Origin: Haliotis rubra
Taxonomy: Eukaryota
NCBI RefSeq assembly: GCF_003918875.1
Contig: NW_025765958.1
Coordinates: 310,001-374,000 of the forward strand
Length of the DNA stretch: 64,000 bases
Direction of reading: 5' to 3'
Part shown: piece by piece, positions 52,131-64,000 of the stretch
How positions within the stretch are numbered: position 1 is the stretch's first letter
Layout of the letters: each line of letters opens with the position of its first letter
Program-made: the position numbers and the translations under genes
The notes under the pieces: model-generated
Told to the model about the DNA's origin: nothing
Database searches by the model: none
What the model saw: the letters and a program-made list of their open reading frames with translations, nothing else

Positions 52131-52375
52131 ACCCGTGGAGATCCGGGTTAGAATTGATCTTCAGTAACCCATGCTTGTCGTAAGAGGCAACTGACGGGAT
52201 CGGATGGTCAGGCTCGCTGACTTGGTTGACATGGTTGACACATGTCATCGGTGCCCAATTGCCCAGGTCGATGCTCATGCTGTTGATCACTGGATCGTCT
52301 GGCCCAGACTCGATTATTAACAGACCGCCACCATATTGCTGAGTGCGGCGTTAAACAACAAACCTACCAACCAAC
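52131..52375 (+). mobile_element. SINE-like family C (non-tRNA structured head)
   Basis: acccgtggagatccgggttagaattgatcttcagtaacccatgcttgtcgtaagagg..., ending in the shared tail gctgagtgcggcgttaaacaacaaac. Confidence 0.9.
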
Positions 52376-54524
52376 TAATCCTTTGTCCTTATTAACACAA
52401 TCAGACCATATTTCGCATCATACATTGATTTAAAGCCTACTACCAAATAATCTTCATTATAAAATTGCATAAAATATATTTACAACATGTTTCTATGTGT
52501 ACACTTATGTTTAGTTTTTCGCCGGCCTGCTCCTGTTGGTTGAGGTTGGAGATGAGAAACACAGAAAGCTACAACTGGCCTAACACAGGCGCGATGTAAT
52601 CAGACTGCGAGTTGGAGTCACTGAACCGTCCGTTTTCCGGAAACGTTGGATCTGTTTGATGGAGGTTGTATTCCGCCACTAAGAAAAGCTATTACAATCC
52701 TAAGCCTTTACATCAAGGATGAAAAGACAAGGTTGGCGTGACTCCATGATCAAGCATGCACGGATTACGAGTTTCCGAGCACAAGTAAGGTTTCAATAAG
52801 AACAGTGATTGCCCCGATGGTAGTCAAGGGGCATACCAGGGTTAGTTGTGACACGAAGGGTACGTATGCAGTTGCAGAAGGTGGGTTGAAGATTGCAGAA
52901 GATGCCAAACAATGGCTAAAGGACACCATATCCTGGTCTGCGATAGTCAGTCAACATCATTCCAGCTACATCGCGGTGGACTTAAAGAATTAATTAAACA
53001 CCTGGCCAAATGCTTATGAAACAAGTCTGATGTAACACTTTCCGTAACCATAAGAAATCTCAGTTTTAAATATATAAATTTATAATTACACATATGCATG
53101 ATATACGTGAAGTCTTTACCTGAACAGACTAGGGTTAGATAGCACACCTGAAACGAACAAGCAATAGTCCACGAATGGGCATGGCAAGAAAAAGGTATGG
53201 ACCTGACCACACGCTTCTCTAGGGAAGACAACGTCAGTCATTAAATACTGGGGAGTTCATCAAATGTACTCTCATTTAGGCGACGGGATTCTTACGTGTA
53301 ACATGAATGTAAACCCATTGGTATTACACAATGCACAACATGCATTGGTTTCTCAGTAATAATTTTATCAGATACAACACGTAGCCACAATGTAACATAA
53401 ATCCAAACGAATTATGGCAATACTACTCACTCCGTCTTTCTTGAATGATTTGACATGATTATGAATGAAGACAGATCGGGCATATGGATACCAGTATCAC
53501 TAACCAAGTAATTTGTTCACGAAGATAGCTGTCTTCACTGATTCTACAACGTGTGCAATGTCAGCAAAAAGTAACGAAATATATGTTCCATGACATTAAC
53601 AATTTACAGTTACGCTTCAGACGGGTGTTTCAAGGTTTGATACACTGTTGTGAAGCTATCACTAACACTCCTTCATTACCAATGAACATCAATCACAATG
53701 TTTCGCCCGGAATTACTTATATATTGTACCAGAGTATCAATTATACTGAACGTACGGTGCTACAATAAAATGATGATACTCATAGCAGTTCCCAGGAAGC
53801 CAGGCCGTCACAGGTCGGAAATACCACCACTTAGTACGGGTAATTATCCTGGACAGGTCTCACCGTAATGTGCGGCAGTGCACTAAGGGGAATGTTACAT
53901 GTACGTTGATAGGTATCTACTTACGTTGATGTACGTTCAGTTAGTGATAGCTAAATCAATTAAGTGTGGACTTTACCAGCAAGACCTGTTAAACCCTACA
54001 CACGAGGATCCATACGGTAATGAATTGCCAGACGACAGATTAATACATCATGCTGTAACGTAAACGTGTGTGAGAACACAACACCGGTGCATTAGACATT
54101 CATCCAGAGGCAAAGACAGTGTACTGCGTTTGTTTTTCATGTAACTGAAATGTATCTGTAAACGATCATTCTAGCCACACCTTGTAAGAAGAAATTCGTG
54201 GATGGGATCTTGAAATGCGTATTTGTGCAAAACAAAAACAACAGATTTAGTATGATTAAAAAATGTAGATCGTTAAAATACCATGACCATTACTACATTC
54301 TTAGTTGTACGTTATGTCAAATTATATTAAAGCAAACCATACAGAAATACTGAATGTTGTCAAAGCGTCAGCACAGGCTACTTTTTAATACAATCACAGC
54401 GTCAGCACTGGCTGTTCTTTCAATAGAGTAAAACCAACAGTGAACTGTGCAACAGCCAGCGTAAGTCAAGACAAGACAAGACAGCTTGATCCACGCAGCG
54501 CTTCAGCTTTTTTATTATTTTTGG

Positions 54525-54665
54525 GCTGTGGGATAGCCTAGTGGTTAAAGCGTTGCTTGTTCAAGCCGCAGACCACATGGGTGAACTGTGTGAAGCACAT
54601 TTCTGGTGTCCCCCGATGTGATATTGCTAGAATATTGTCAAAACGGCGTAAAACTGAACTCACTG
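54525..54665 (+). mobile_element. SINE, family B, degenerate
   Basis: tagcctagtggttaaagcg head and cggcgtaaaactgaactcac tail. Confidence 0.8.
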
Positions 54666-56603
54666 ATTCTTCTTTTATTTTATGGGCTACGTCAATATTT
54701 CGACTTGCAGCATATAGAAGCATGTCTCCAAATGGACGAAAGCCGTGAATTTAAACAAAAAAGGTTCTATAAATTGAGGACTCACTGTACCATGTTCTTC
54801 AGATATACACACCGACATGTTTGTAGACTGTACCTTTAGGCCAACATAGAAATGTCAAACGTAACTGTCGATGCGACAATATTGATCAATATTTTGCAAT
54901 GTTCATAAATGTATTCTCTTTAACCTTCTTCGGCTGTGTTTTGATAATAAAGAATTAAATTGAACAACATAAGGCACATTACAACAATTACCAGTATTCT
55001 GGTAAAAAGAACTCAAGGGATCATTAAAGAAATATTCCAAATATCACAATTTTATACACATTACTACCAGGCTATTGTCAATGTTGACATCGGATAAGCA
55101 AACGCAGAAAACTTCAAACTTCTAACTGTTAACGCATTACGGTATCATTTCAAAAACTATATCCAAGACCATTAGTAACAGCGGTTATTTCAACTAAATC
55201 AGCTTGCCGAGTTGTAGTTTACCGACGTCTCGCAGAAAATTAACAAAATAGTTGAAGCGATGCCAATCAATTCATAAACGCTTACTCATGCATGTTCTGT
55301 AGAATCTAACGCTTGTCAATCTGCGTTATATTAACATTATATTAAATATTATATTAAAATCGGATCAAGGGTGGAAACGTCAAAATGATGCAACCATTGC
55401 AAACGACATTGCTATGACTATGATTGTCGTATGTGCATTGTAAATGTGTTATCCATATGCCTTGAGAACCAGATATTGATTTTATGTGTCTGGACCTGAC
55501 TGCGTTGATATTGATTACGATACGAGAATACATCGTAATTTTTATACTTTATGATAAATATTTGAAAAATACATATATCTTATATATACACACACGCCCT
55601 GCTGCTCACACATTTTCAATGGTTAACTGTGTATTCTTGAGCGCTGCATCACATGCTGTCATTAAGTTATTGCAAATAATGCAGTTCTTAAATGTTTTTC
55701 CCCATTAATAATCTTCGGATTCGGCTCTGGAGGAAATTAAGACATTCAATTATTCCTTTCCGGAGAACATTCACACACCTACATAGCATGGTGTATGTGG
55801 GGGCAGAAGCTGGTGGTCTAGTCGAGATCACATCGTCTTCGCCAGCAGGGAATGCTTCTTACAGAGGCTTAATCCTTATGTGCCCCGGTGCCTGGATATA
55901 AAGTCAATTAGACTTGGTACGGAAATGCCCAAAAGGTGCAATCCCTCAAATATCCAAACTATTTCATTTCTTAGGAAATGCTTAGCCTGGTGTGTCCTGA
56001 AGGTTTTAACGTCAAACTGACAGCCAGCACTATTCTGGTATGATATTTTCCGACCTACAACTCTGATTGTGTCTCTTGAATCTTCTTCCACGTTGACTCT
56101 TGGATGAGGTGATATTGAACTATTGATTCAATGCTTCAGTTTATACAACAAGTTTATATTTGTGTTAAAAAAATCATGTCTGGTCAGTGGCTGGTATACA
56201 AATTTACAATATTTTTAGACAAGCGGTTTATCGTTATTTGGACAGTAATGCAGAAAAGTTGACGTGTTGTGTAAATGAATTCAGATCATAAGGTGACAAT
56301 ATTTTGGTTAATTTGGATCCCATAGGTGTTACGTTATTGACTGATATTTTTGTTTGTTTACAATGACAAACGCCATTTGACTGTGAGGCCCTAAAGCTAA
56401 AGTCCATGATATACTTCCATCGGACGCAAATTCAATACAAGAAAACATACATCTGTGACGCTTAATGTGTATGTACCATTGTTTAATCTTTAGCATACAA
56501 CAAATACGCAGTCAATTATTTGTGCAACACTGAACAGGAGTTGCTCAGTAAACAATGTACAACAATCCCGATATGTTAAGTAAATGCCACTCTCTCAGGT
56601 ACA

Positions 56604-56843
56604 ACCCGTAAAGATCTGGGTTTGAATGATCTTCAGTAACCCATGCTTGTCGCAAGAGGCGACTAACGGGACCGGGTGGTCAGGTTCTTGGTTCACACAT
56701 GTCATCGGTTCCAAAAGGCGTAGATCGATGCTCATGATGTTGATCACTGGATTTTGTCTGGCCCAGACTCGATAATTTACAAACCGCCGACATATAGCTG
56801 GAATATTGCTGAATGCGGCGTAAAAGTAAACTCACTAACTCAC
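56604..56843 (+). mobile_element. SINE-like family C
   Basis: Homologous to 52131-52375. Confidence 0.9.
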
Positions 56844-57151
56844 TTCTAGGTACAATAATGGGGACGACGTTTGGTTACTCTGATTACACAAGGGCTTGTC
56901 CTTTGCAATGCCATAATCATTTCTCCATACCTAGCCTGTGTGTGTTACGAAGATGCCTAGCATATATAACAATCCAGGGCTTCCATTTTTTGTTTGTCTT
57001 ATATGGCAATAACGCAACATGAGATTGGATTTTACACCAGGTCTTATGTCACGATTTTCTATATTTGTTTTGATGTAAACGTGGCAGTGCTGCAAGTGAG
57101 AAATGTCAGGGCAAGTTGAAACCTTATTCTATTTGCACTTACAACGTATGA

Positions 57152-57372
57152 GACCCGTCAAGATTCATGTTAGAATTAATCTTCAGCAGCCAATGCTTGT
57201 CGAAAGTGGAAACTCTTGGGATCGGTGGGTCAGGCACGTTGAGATGGCTAATACATGCATGTCATCATATCCCAGTTGTTTGGTTTGATGTATTGATGTC
57301 AATTGATCTGGTTTAAAGACCACGATCATACAACTTGGATATTGCTGAGGGTGGCGATAATAAATAAACAAA
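57152..57372 (+). mobile_element. SINE-like family C, degenerate
   Basis: gacccgtcaagatt..gttagaattaatcttcag..atgcttgtcg, with a degenerate tail. Confidence 0.7.
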
Positions 57373-57499
57373 AACTCCATCTGTGCACAAGCGTTTCAAA
57401 CTATGAACTAAAATCTTATGAATACAAAATGCAATCTAGAAAGTGATCAAATGTAAAGCATATTATGTTTGCGATTACCCTTTCTCAGTAAAGTACAGA

Positions 57500-57885
57500 T
57501 TCTAGTACTTTTGGATCAGGATTCGAATTCACACTCTCAGAGTCAGGCACCTTGTCGCAAGCACACAAAGCCAGCTGTCTAACCCATTCAGCCACCACGG
57601 CGTCTACAAAAATGGAAGTCAGGCAAGTGGTAGTCTAGACCACTGACTTTGTGTACTCTGATCAGTGTAAATTAGCACGGCTCACACGGCCGAAAGCTAT
57701 GAACACACAATGCCATTTAGAAAGTGGTAAAATATTACACATGTTGTCTTTGAGCTTACACTTGTTCAGTAAAATACAGATTCTAGTACTTTTGTTGTGT
57801 TGAGTCCCATCTGGGATTCGAACCCTTGTGCTGACTCTGTGTGCTGGCGATTAGGGCGTGGGTTCGAATCCTACATGGGATTGTT
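57500..57885. mobile_element. Fragments of a further tRNA-like repeat (long variable region)
   Basis: Minus strand ggtggctgaatgggttagac...ttcgaatcc at ~57520-57597. Related B-box pieces at 57812-57880 and 59148-59190. Confidence 0.5.
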
Positions 57886-58838
57886 CCTAAGGATCGATCC
57901 TCAAGGTTGATAAATTAGATTCGGTTTCAAAGGCAGATAATTTGACTGCAAGGTAATGAGACAAACTGTTGGAATTTCTAAATGAGTCATGCCAGATCTG
58001 GAAGCACATTGCATCTTTAATATGTTGTGGAATATAAAAGCCATGGCGGCAGATTTCGGTTTATAGTTCATTTATGAAGGAAATAGAGGAAAATAATCCC
58101 TTGGCGAACTCTTAGAGGTGTTTGAAATGGTGCCTATTCAGCAACACGCAATATTTGTGGCATTCGTATTAGCAGTTGTCGAGTTGTGATGACTTAACTG
58201 TAGTCACAACTGTAACTCAAGAAAATATAAAAAAAATCAGATTTGACACCGATCTGGAACACACTGCACAAAACCGACTGACCTATCTCCAAGTTAAGAA
58301 CCTGGCTTGTCCCACCGTTGGCAACCCCATACAAAAAGACACTTCGTTCTCTTCCCCGGCCCCCCAAAAAAAAAAACAACAACAAACAAACAAACACACA
58401 CACACCAACCACCCCCAAAAAACAAACAAACCCTAAATTATTTTTTTTTAAATGAAAACAAAAAACCAACAACCCCAAAACATACAAAAACAACAACAAC
58501 AACAGAAACAACCAAAATAAAACCGCAACAAACAAACACGGGAAACGTATGGTAGAAGTACAAAAAGCAAGTTGCATCGAAAATCATGTGACAAATTTAG
58601 AAAGGTCACATATCTACTAAAAACTCCTTACTGAGCCTTGTTTTGACAAAGGCAGTTTGTACACACATCAATACATCAATTAACTTATAATGAATAATGG
58701 AGGCCTGCTTGTAAAGCGTCAATAATGGATCAAAGATATAAACCCTCTATATCATGTTTCTTCAGTGGGCCTAACAAAATGGAAACTATTAATGGGGTAT
58801 AGCTGAGGGTGGCGTTAATCAATAAACAAAAACACCAT

Positions 58839-59010
58839 CCTTTGAGAGGCATTTTAGAAATTGTGAAGATGAAAGAAAACTAAGTTCTATGGATAGTCTA
58901 CTTCTTTATTGCAATAAGTGCGACGTTTCGGTGTAGGTACTAACACCGTTATCAAGCAAGTGATCGTTATCAATAAAGAAAGTGACTATCCATAGAACTT
59001 AGCTTTCCTT
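58839..59010 (-). mobile_element. Penelope-like pLTR-derived insertion with hammerhead motif and partial inverted arm
   Basis: TSD caaa(a/t)acaccat at 58827-58838 and 59011-59022. Empty paralogous site at 57369-57380. The end tttgag.ggcattttagaa is shared with 49091-49304. Confidence 0.85.
58919..58958 (-). ncRNA. Minimal hammerhead ribozyme (U3-A8 variant)
   Basis: Minus strand reads tgc-TTGATAA-c-ggtgt[tagtacct]acacc-GAAA-cGTC-gca. Perfect 5-bp stem II with a compensatory pair relative to 3896-3935. Confidence 0.82.
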
Positions 59011-59380
59011 CAAATACACCATATGTGCACGAGCGTTTCAAACTATGAACTAAGAACTTATGCATACAAAATGCTATTTAGAAAGTAACACATATTATAT
59101 TTGGGATTACACTTTCTCAGTAAAGTACAGATTCTAGTACTTTTGGACCGGGATTCGAACTCACACCCTCAGAGTCAGGCACCTAATGGCAAGAACACAA
59201 CTGGCGATATATGTGGCATTCGTATTAGCAGTTGTCGAGTTGTGATGACTAAACTGTAGTCACAACTGTAACTCAAGAAAACATTTACCCTTGATTTAAA
59301 AAAAATTAAAAATCAGATTTGACACCTATCTGGAACACACCGAATAAAACCGGCTAACCTGTTTGCAAGTTAAGAACCAG

Positions 59381-59487
59381 GGCCTAGATTTTCGAAGCTC
59401 TCTTAGAGCTAAGATAGTCGTAAGTTCATGTTAATGTATGGCACTTACGACTATCTCAGCGCTAAGAGAGGTTCGAAAATCTAGGCA
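59381..59487. mobile_element. 107-bp MITE (PIF/Harbinger-like, CWG target)
   Basis: Arms gcctagattttcgaa.ctctcttag.gct.agatagtcgtaagt are inverted. Flanked by cag/ctg. Empty site aagaacctgg at ~58295 in the paralog. Confidence 0.88.
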
Positions 59488-62400
59488 CTGGCCTGTCCCA
59501 TCGTCGGCACCTGCAACACAAGAAGACACTCCCCCCAAAAAAAGAAACCCACAAAAAAAACAAAAAACCAAAAACCAACAAAATACAAGCAAAAACAACA
59601 AACAAACAAACAACAAAACAAAACAAATAACAACAACGACAGCAGCAAGAGAAACTGCCAAAATACAACCGGCAATTTGTACACACATCAATACTCGTTA
59701 ACCTATAATGAATAATGGAGGTCTGCTTGTACAGCGTCAATAACGGATCAAAGATATAAACCCTCCATATCGTGTCTCTTCAGTGGACATAACAAAATGG
59801 AAACTATTTTGGCTGTCAAAATATAACGGCAACACATGTGAATGACCAGTCACCGACTCATGGAGTAAATGACAAAAATGAAACACGGACAAGTAGAATT
59901 GATGAATGGATCACTGAAAATCAGTGACGATAACGGATGCAAATGTTCTAGAATGTTCTCCCCCTTGCCCCTTCTGCCAGCGTCCCCACACCCACTTTAT
60001 GAGTATTAGCACTCCCACGTATCATGTTCGCATTGAAGTAGTCGTTTTCAAATGAGAGTCATTTTCAAATGAACAAAATGTGAAATAGAACCATGGCTCA
60101 TGGGATGATATGGCTCAAATAACCTTCAAGGTGTGTATCGAAATTCCCTAGGAACACCATAGTAATTATGCTGTCAAACTGCAGGCGCGTGTCAGTTTAG
60201 TTTACTGACAAGGTCTTCTGGTTTCCACTATCTCAAACCCTTGAGTTAACCGACATCACCTCCACGTTCGTATCCCTAAATGTATCGTCTATGTGGATCA
60301 TTTAGTAGAAAGGATGGCATCCGTTTCGTAAAAATATGTTTCAGGAGGGTCATACTATATTTTATATCAAATTCATATTTTTATAACATATATAACTAAA
60401 AATTGACCAAAAATGCTTTAGAACTGTATGTAGCAACGGTCAAGCTTAAAACAAGTGTTGACCAAACTAAAGCTTAAGACCTTATTAGTTTCCCGTTTAT
60501 ACCTTCTCCAATACCGGTAATCGACAACGTCATGTGCGAGTGCGTCAAACCGAAAGGCCATATTAATGCTGTTTATCAATACGTTGACACCTAAATATAA
60601 CTGAGTTAACACTAATACATATTAAACGTAATATCTGGATAGTGTCGCCAAATGGTTATGAAGTGTCTGATTGTTGTCTAAGCACAAGTATGTTGAAGAA
60701 ATGATAAATCAATTTTAGGGTTAACTGAAAACATAACAATTTAATATTACTTCAGTATGAGTTCGTTTCACCACCCGTATGTTCCGGTAAAAACAAACAA
60801 AAAAAACGTGTTCTTGCTCACACGGCCTTGAGTCTGTCTGGCTTTCATAATCTGACCGTGATCAGTACTGTTTTACTCACATTTTAAAAAAAATCGCTTG
60901 ATCAACATTTCTGACCAAATTCCATGATCGAATTCAGGTGGAAAAATATTGATGCATGTCTGAGAAATTGACATTCTCTGCTTATAATGAACTGTCGGAT
61001 CGATTTGTGCCTAACAGTTTTGGTGAAACATTGCGCTAATTCTTAGATCAGTGGAGACTGAACTAATGCAAGCTTGTGTGTGCGTTTGTCATATTGTTTT
61101 GCATAATTATATAGATATTCTTCTGCAACTGAGGTGAATGACAATACATAATTATTTACACATCAAAGTCTCTGTATCGGTAGCCCTATGTAAGGCTTCG
61201 ATAACAGTACGACGAACCAGACTCGTGCAACCAACGTAAACAAGTGATAACTTATATTAGCAAATCAAAACAGAAAATCAGTATTTACCGCATTTCATCA
61301 GAGAATGAACGAAAAACATTCTATCATATACAATAAAGAATAAAAGATGATAAACATAAGCATATGCAATATGTTTAACCGACTAGGTAAGATCTAAATA
61401 ATAGGCAGTGGTACTCTGATGGCCGAATGGAACTCTGGGTATTTTTGTGTGTGTGTGCGTGTGTGTGTGCGTGTGTATGTTACCACGTATATATGTCGGG
61501 TACAAGATGCCTTCATACGTATATGGATATTGATTTGTGTGTGGGCCTATGACCTTCACGGTTAATATAGATGTGTTGATGGTGTTGTTTTGATTGCAAT
61601 TTGAAATAAGAGTTTGGTAAAGGTTAGAATTCACAATCAGCGAATCAAACCTCTGGAAAAGCCTGAAAACTAACAGGTGCACCATGGGCACATATCTGAA
61701 ATATGTGTACCCATATGTGTATCGCCTTGTCATTGCATTGCTCGCCAATACCGGGTGCTGGATTTCAGAACATGGATTCACAGGAAAGGTCATGCAGAAA
61801 GCGCTGACGATTAATAGTTCTTTCTGAATATTTCGAGACAGTATCTACCAAAAGAAAAGCAACATGCCTGCAATTAACTTATGAATAATGTTAATCTCAC
61901 AAGACGGGATTGGATATCGCGTTTAGTTTGACATTATGCATACTTCATGTCTCACAATACCATATAATTTATAGGATGAGGAAAACAATCATAATGGGAT
62001 GCTTGTTTTTGTTCTAACATCAAACCACGGTGACATTTACACTATAAAGACCCAATCAATAATGATCACCTATTTCCTTTGTCCTTTTGCAGCATTGGCG
62101 GGGAATGTGACAGAAATGCATTGTTTTCTTTATCAGGCTTCACAATGAAAATATGATAGCTTTCCAGCTTGTAAACAACTCCGTTCTGTATGGGTCGGCA
62201 AACAGTTCACGGATATTCATGTGATCACGTATACTGTCAATAGAATTGTTTGTTTCGTGTAAAATATAACAACTTGGTGAAAGTCTGAAATACATTAAAA
62301 TAATGCCTTCACAGAACCAAACCACAGGACACGAATTTTTTATCAAATATTACAAATTGGCATTTATGTCACAAGTTAACTCAAACTATAGACAACTTGA

Positions 62401-62986
62401 CACCCCGAAGGAAATCATACGCGCACTCAGTATGGATTTATTTTCCTTATCAGTTGATCAGGTCGTAAATGGTCAAGCAAAAGGCTCGGTGATACGCGTG
62501 GAACCAATATTCTCAGAATCCCGAGGGTAGATTAATGATACAGCCAATCAAATCGGCAAGTATTGGGAGGACACAAAAGGGTCCACTACAGTCTTGAGAA
62601 TCTACTCAAATACTTTTTGTCATACAGTGTAGGAGGGATGCAAAATATTGCAGCAATGTGGAGATGAGAACAAGGTATTTAAAGAACCACTAAACTTTGT
62701 TTTTTGTTACTCTTTTAACCATTACATATGAAAGATTTGTGGTTAGTCTTATGCGGAACACCAAATTTATTCTTTAAAAACTTGTGGTTAATTAATACCG
62801 AGCGATTAAAAGTGGCCAAAAAGTCGCCTGCTTCCCTCTCGCCCGCCAACGAAACCACAGACAGGTTACGTAACTCTGTCGCCAGAGCACTGCAGTGACG
62901 TCATATGAGGAACGATTTTCAGTTAGTTGTATAGAAAGTGTGTAGCACGCTCATCATTTTGATGATTTCTCGACATGAACGACGAC

Positions 62987-63166
62987 ATGCCGAATCGTTG
63001 CTTTGTCGTCAATTGCTCCTAGGGGTCGGGTGATGGTGTCACCATGCACAGATTTCCACAGGACCCCGCAGTTCGTGCTAAATGGGTTATGTTTGTGAGT
63101 GCGAAGCGAGCGTTGTGGAAGCCTGAAACGATATCTTACTTGTGTTCAGATCGCTTCACGGAAGTT
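62987..63166 (+). pseudogene. THAP zinc-finger remnant, probably a Kolobok- or P-type transposase N-terminus
   Basis: MPNRCFVVNCS*GSGDGVTMHRFPQDPAVRAKWVMFVSAKRALWKPETISYLCSDRFTEV shows the C-x4-C...FP...W...P...LCSxHF pattern, with a stop at 63020-63022 and His replaced by Arg. TTAA|ag at 62679 is a possible left end. Confidence 0.88.
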
Positions 63167-63697
63167 AAAGAATCAAAACTACTTACTAGTTATAGTAAAA
63201 TATGTATATGATTGATGACCATAAAGATTTTCCATAACACAACTTGTAACATAACGATTTCTTCCTCGGAAGTGAGGTTGTGGTCGAAGTAACAATAATA
63301 TTGTAAGTAGTATTATATTGACACCCACCTCGCTGCCAGGAGAAATTGTTATGTTATACGCTATGTCATGCAAAATCCTATTGGCCATCAATAAAATACA
63401 TATTTTACTACCAGTAGAAAGTAGTTTTGATTTTGTAACTCGGTGAAAACAAACCAAAATAGCATTTATCCACAGACTGGCGGATGTTCCCGACAGGGCG
63501 CCGCCATTTTTGAAAATCGTAAAGTCTGTTAGAATTAATGAGATTATAGTTTGTTTTCATCAAGTTAGAAAATCAAAACTACTTTCTACTCGTAGTTAAA
63601 TATGTATTGGAATCATAACCAAACGGATTTTGCATGACACAACTTATAACATAACGATTTCTTCCACGGAAGCGAGGTGGGGGTCGAAGTCACAATA
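63164..63697. repeat. Three ~130-bp related units in +/-/+ orientation
   Basis: aatcaaaactact..tact..tagt.aaatatgta...ggattt..cat.acac.ac.t.taacataac.atttct occurs at 63164-63300 (+), 63318-63441 (-) and 63564-63697 (+). Confidence 0.85.
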
Positions 63698-64000
63698 CTG
63701 CGCGATAAATTTCTTGCTACATTCACATGGTTAATGTCCACTCACCAGTATGTAGATACTAGTCAATGTGCGTCTTTATATTTGGTCTTATAATCCTAAT
63801 TAGTTTATTATCATACTTTTATGCATTTTGAAACTAAATAAAAAGCTGACGATCTGCTGATACTTATAGTGAATTTATAACAGAACTGTAATATCTAGAC
63901 ATTTTATAGTTTGCCAATGTGAATCATAATTCGCACACACGCCCTAGTGTATGTTGTCTGTCTCATTACACTTCACTGCGAAAACAATTATTCTGTTGAA

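Larger units (their letters stand above)
57342..59808 (+). repeat. Local tandem duplication (about 57342-58790 and 58800-59808)
   Basis: Shared blocks 57380~59022, 57480~59112, 58151~59208 and 58658~59677 through 58789~59808. Both copies contain an A/C-rich low-complexity tract. Confidence 0.9.

Noticed and set aside
55700-56100. Coding-like composition on the minus strand (also 52600-52990 on the plus strand)
   Set aside because: Short and interrupted by stops, with no recognisable motif or convincing splice sites.
58176-59740. Hydrophobic and K/N/T-rich ORFs
   Set aside because: Artefacts of A/C-rich low-complexity tracts.

Overview
AT-rich, repeat-dense eukaryotic DNA. The SINE and other repeat families and the receptor type point to a gastropod mollusc, probably abalone-like (inference from recalled repeat motifs, not a search). 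Only one intact protein-coding gene is clear: a rhodopsin-class peptide GPCR of the FMRFamide/sex-peptide-receptor-like group (main exon 43071-44213, +). It probably has an in-frame first coding exon about 15 kb upstream (28085-28159). The left third of the window is an old ~10-kb tandem duplication (about 2228-12472 and 13118-22013) containing near-identical non-coding islands, and a second local duplication lies at about 57.3-59.8 kb. Both duplications preserve empty insertion sites for later elements. The rest is transposon debris: two decayed Tc1/mariner elements, DIRS-type remnants, LINE fragments, four retroposon/SINE families sharing a 3' tail, TTAA-flanked Kolobok-like elements, a THAP pseudogene, MITEs and an 86-bp minisatellite. 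The most notable signal is three short, ORF-less, TSD-flanked insertions, each carrying a 40-nt minimal hammerhead ribozyme with a U3-A8 core variant and covarying stem II (Penelope-like pLTR derivatives). A second candidate structured RNA is the pseudoknotted 5' head of a non-tRNA SINE-like family. All coordinates and alignments were read by eye.
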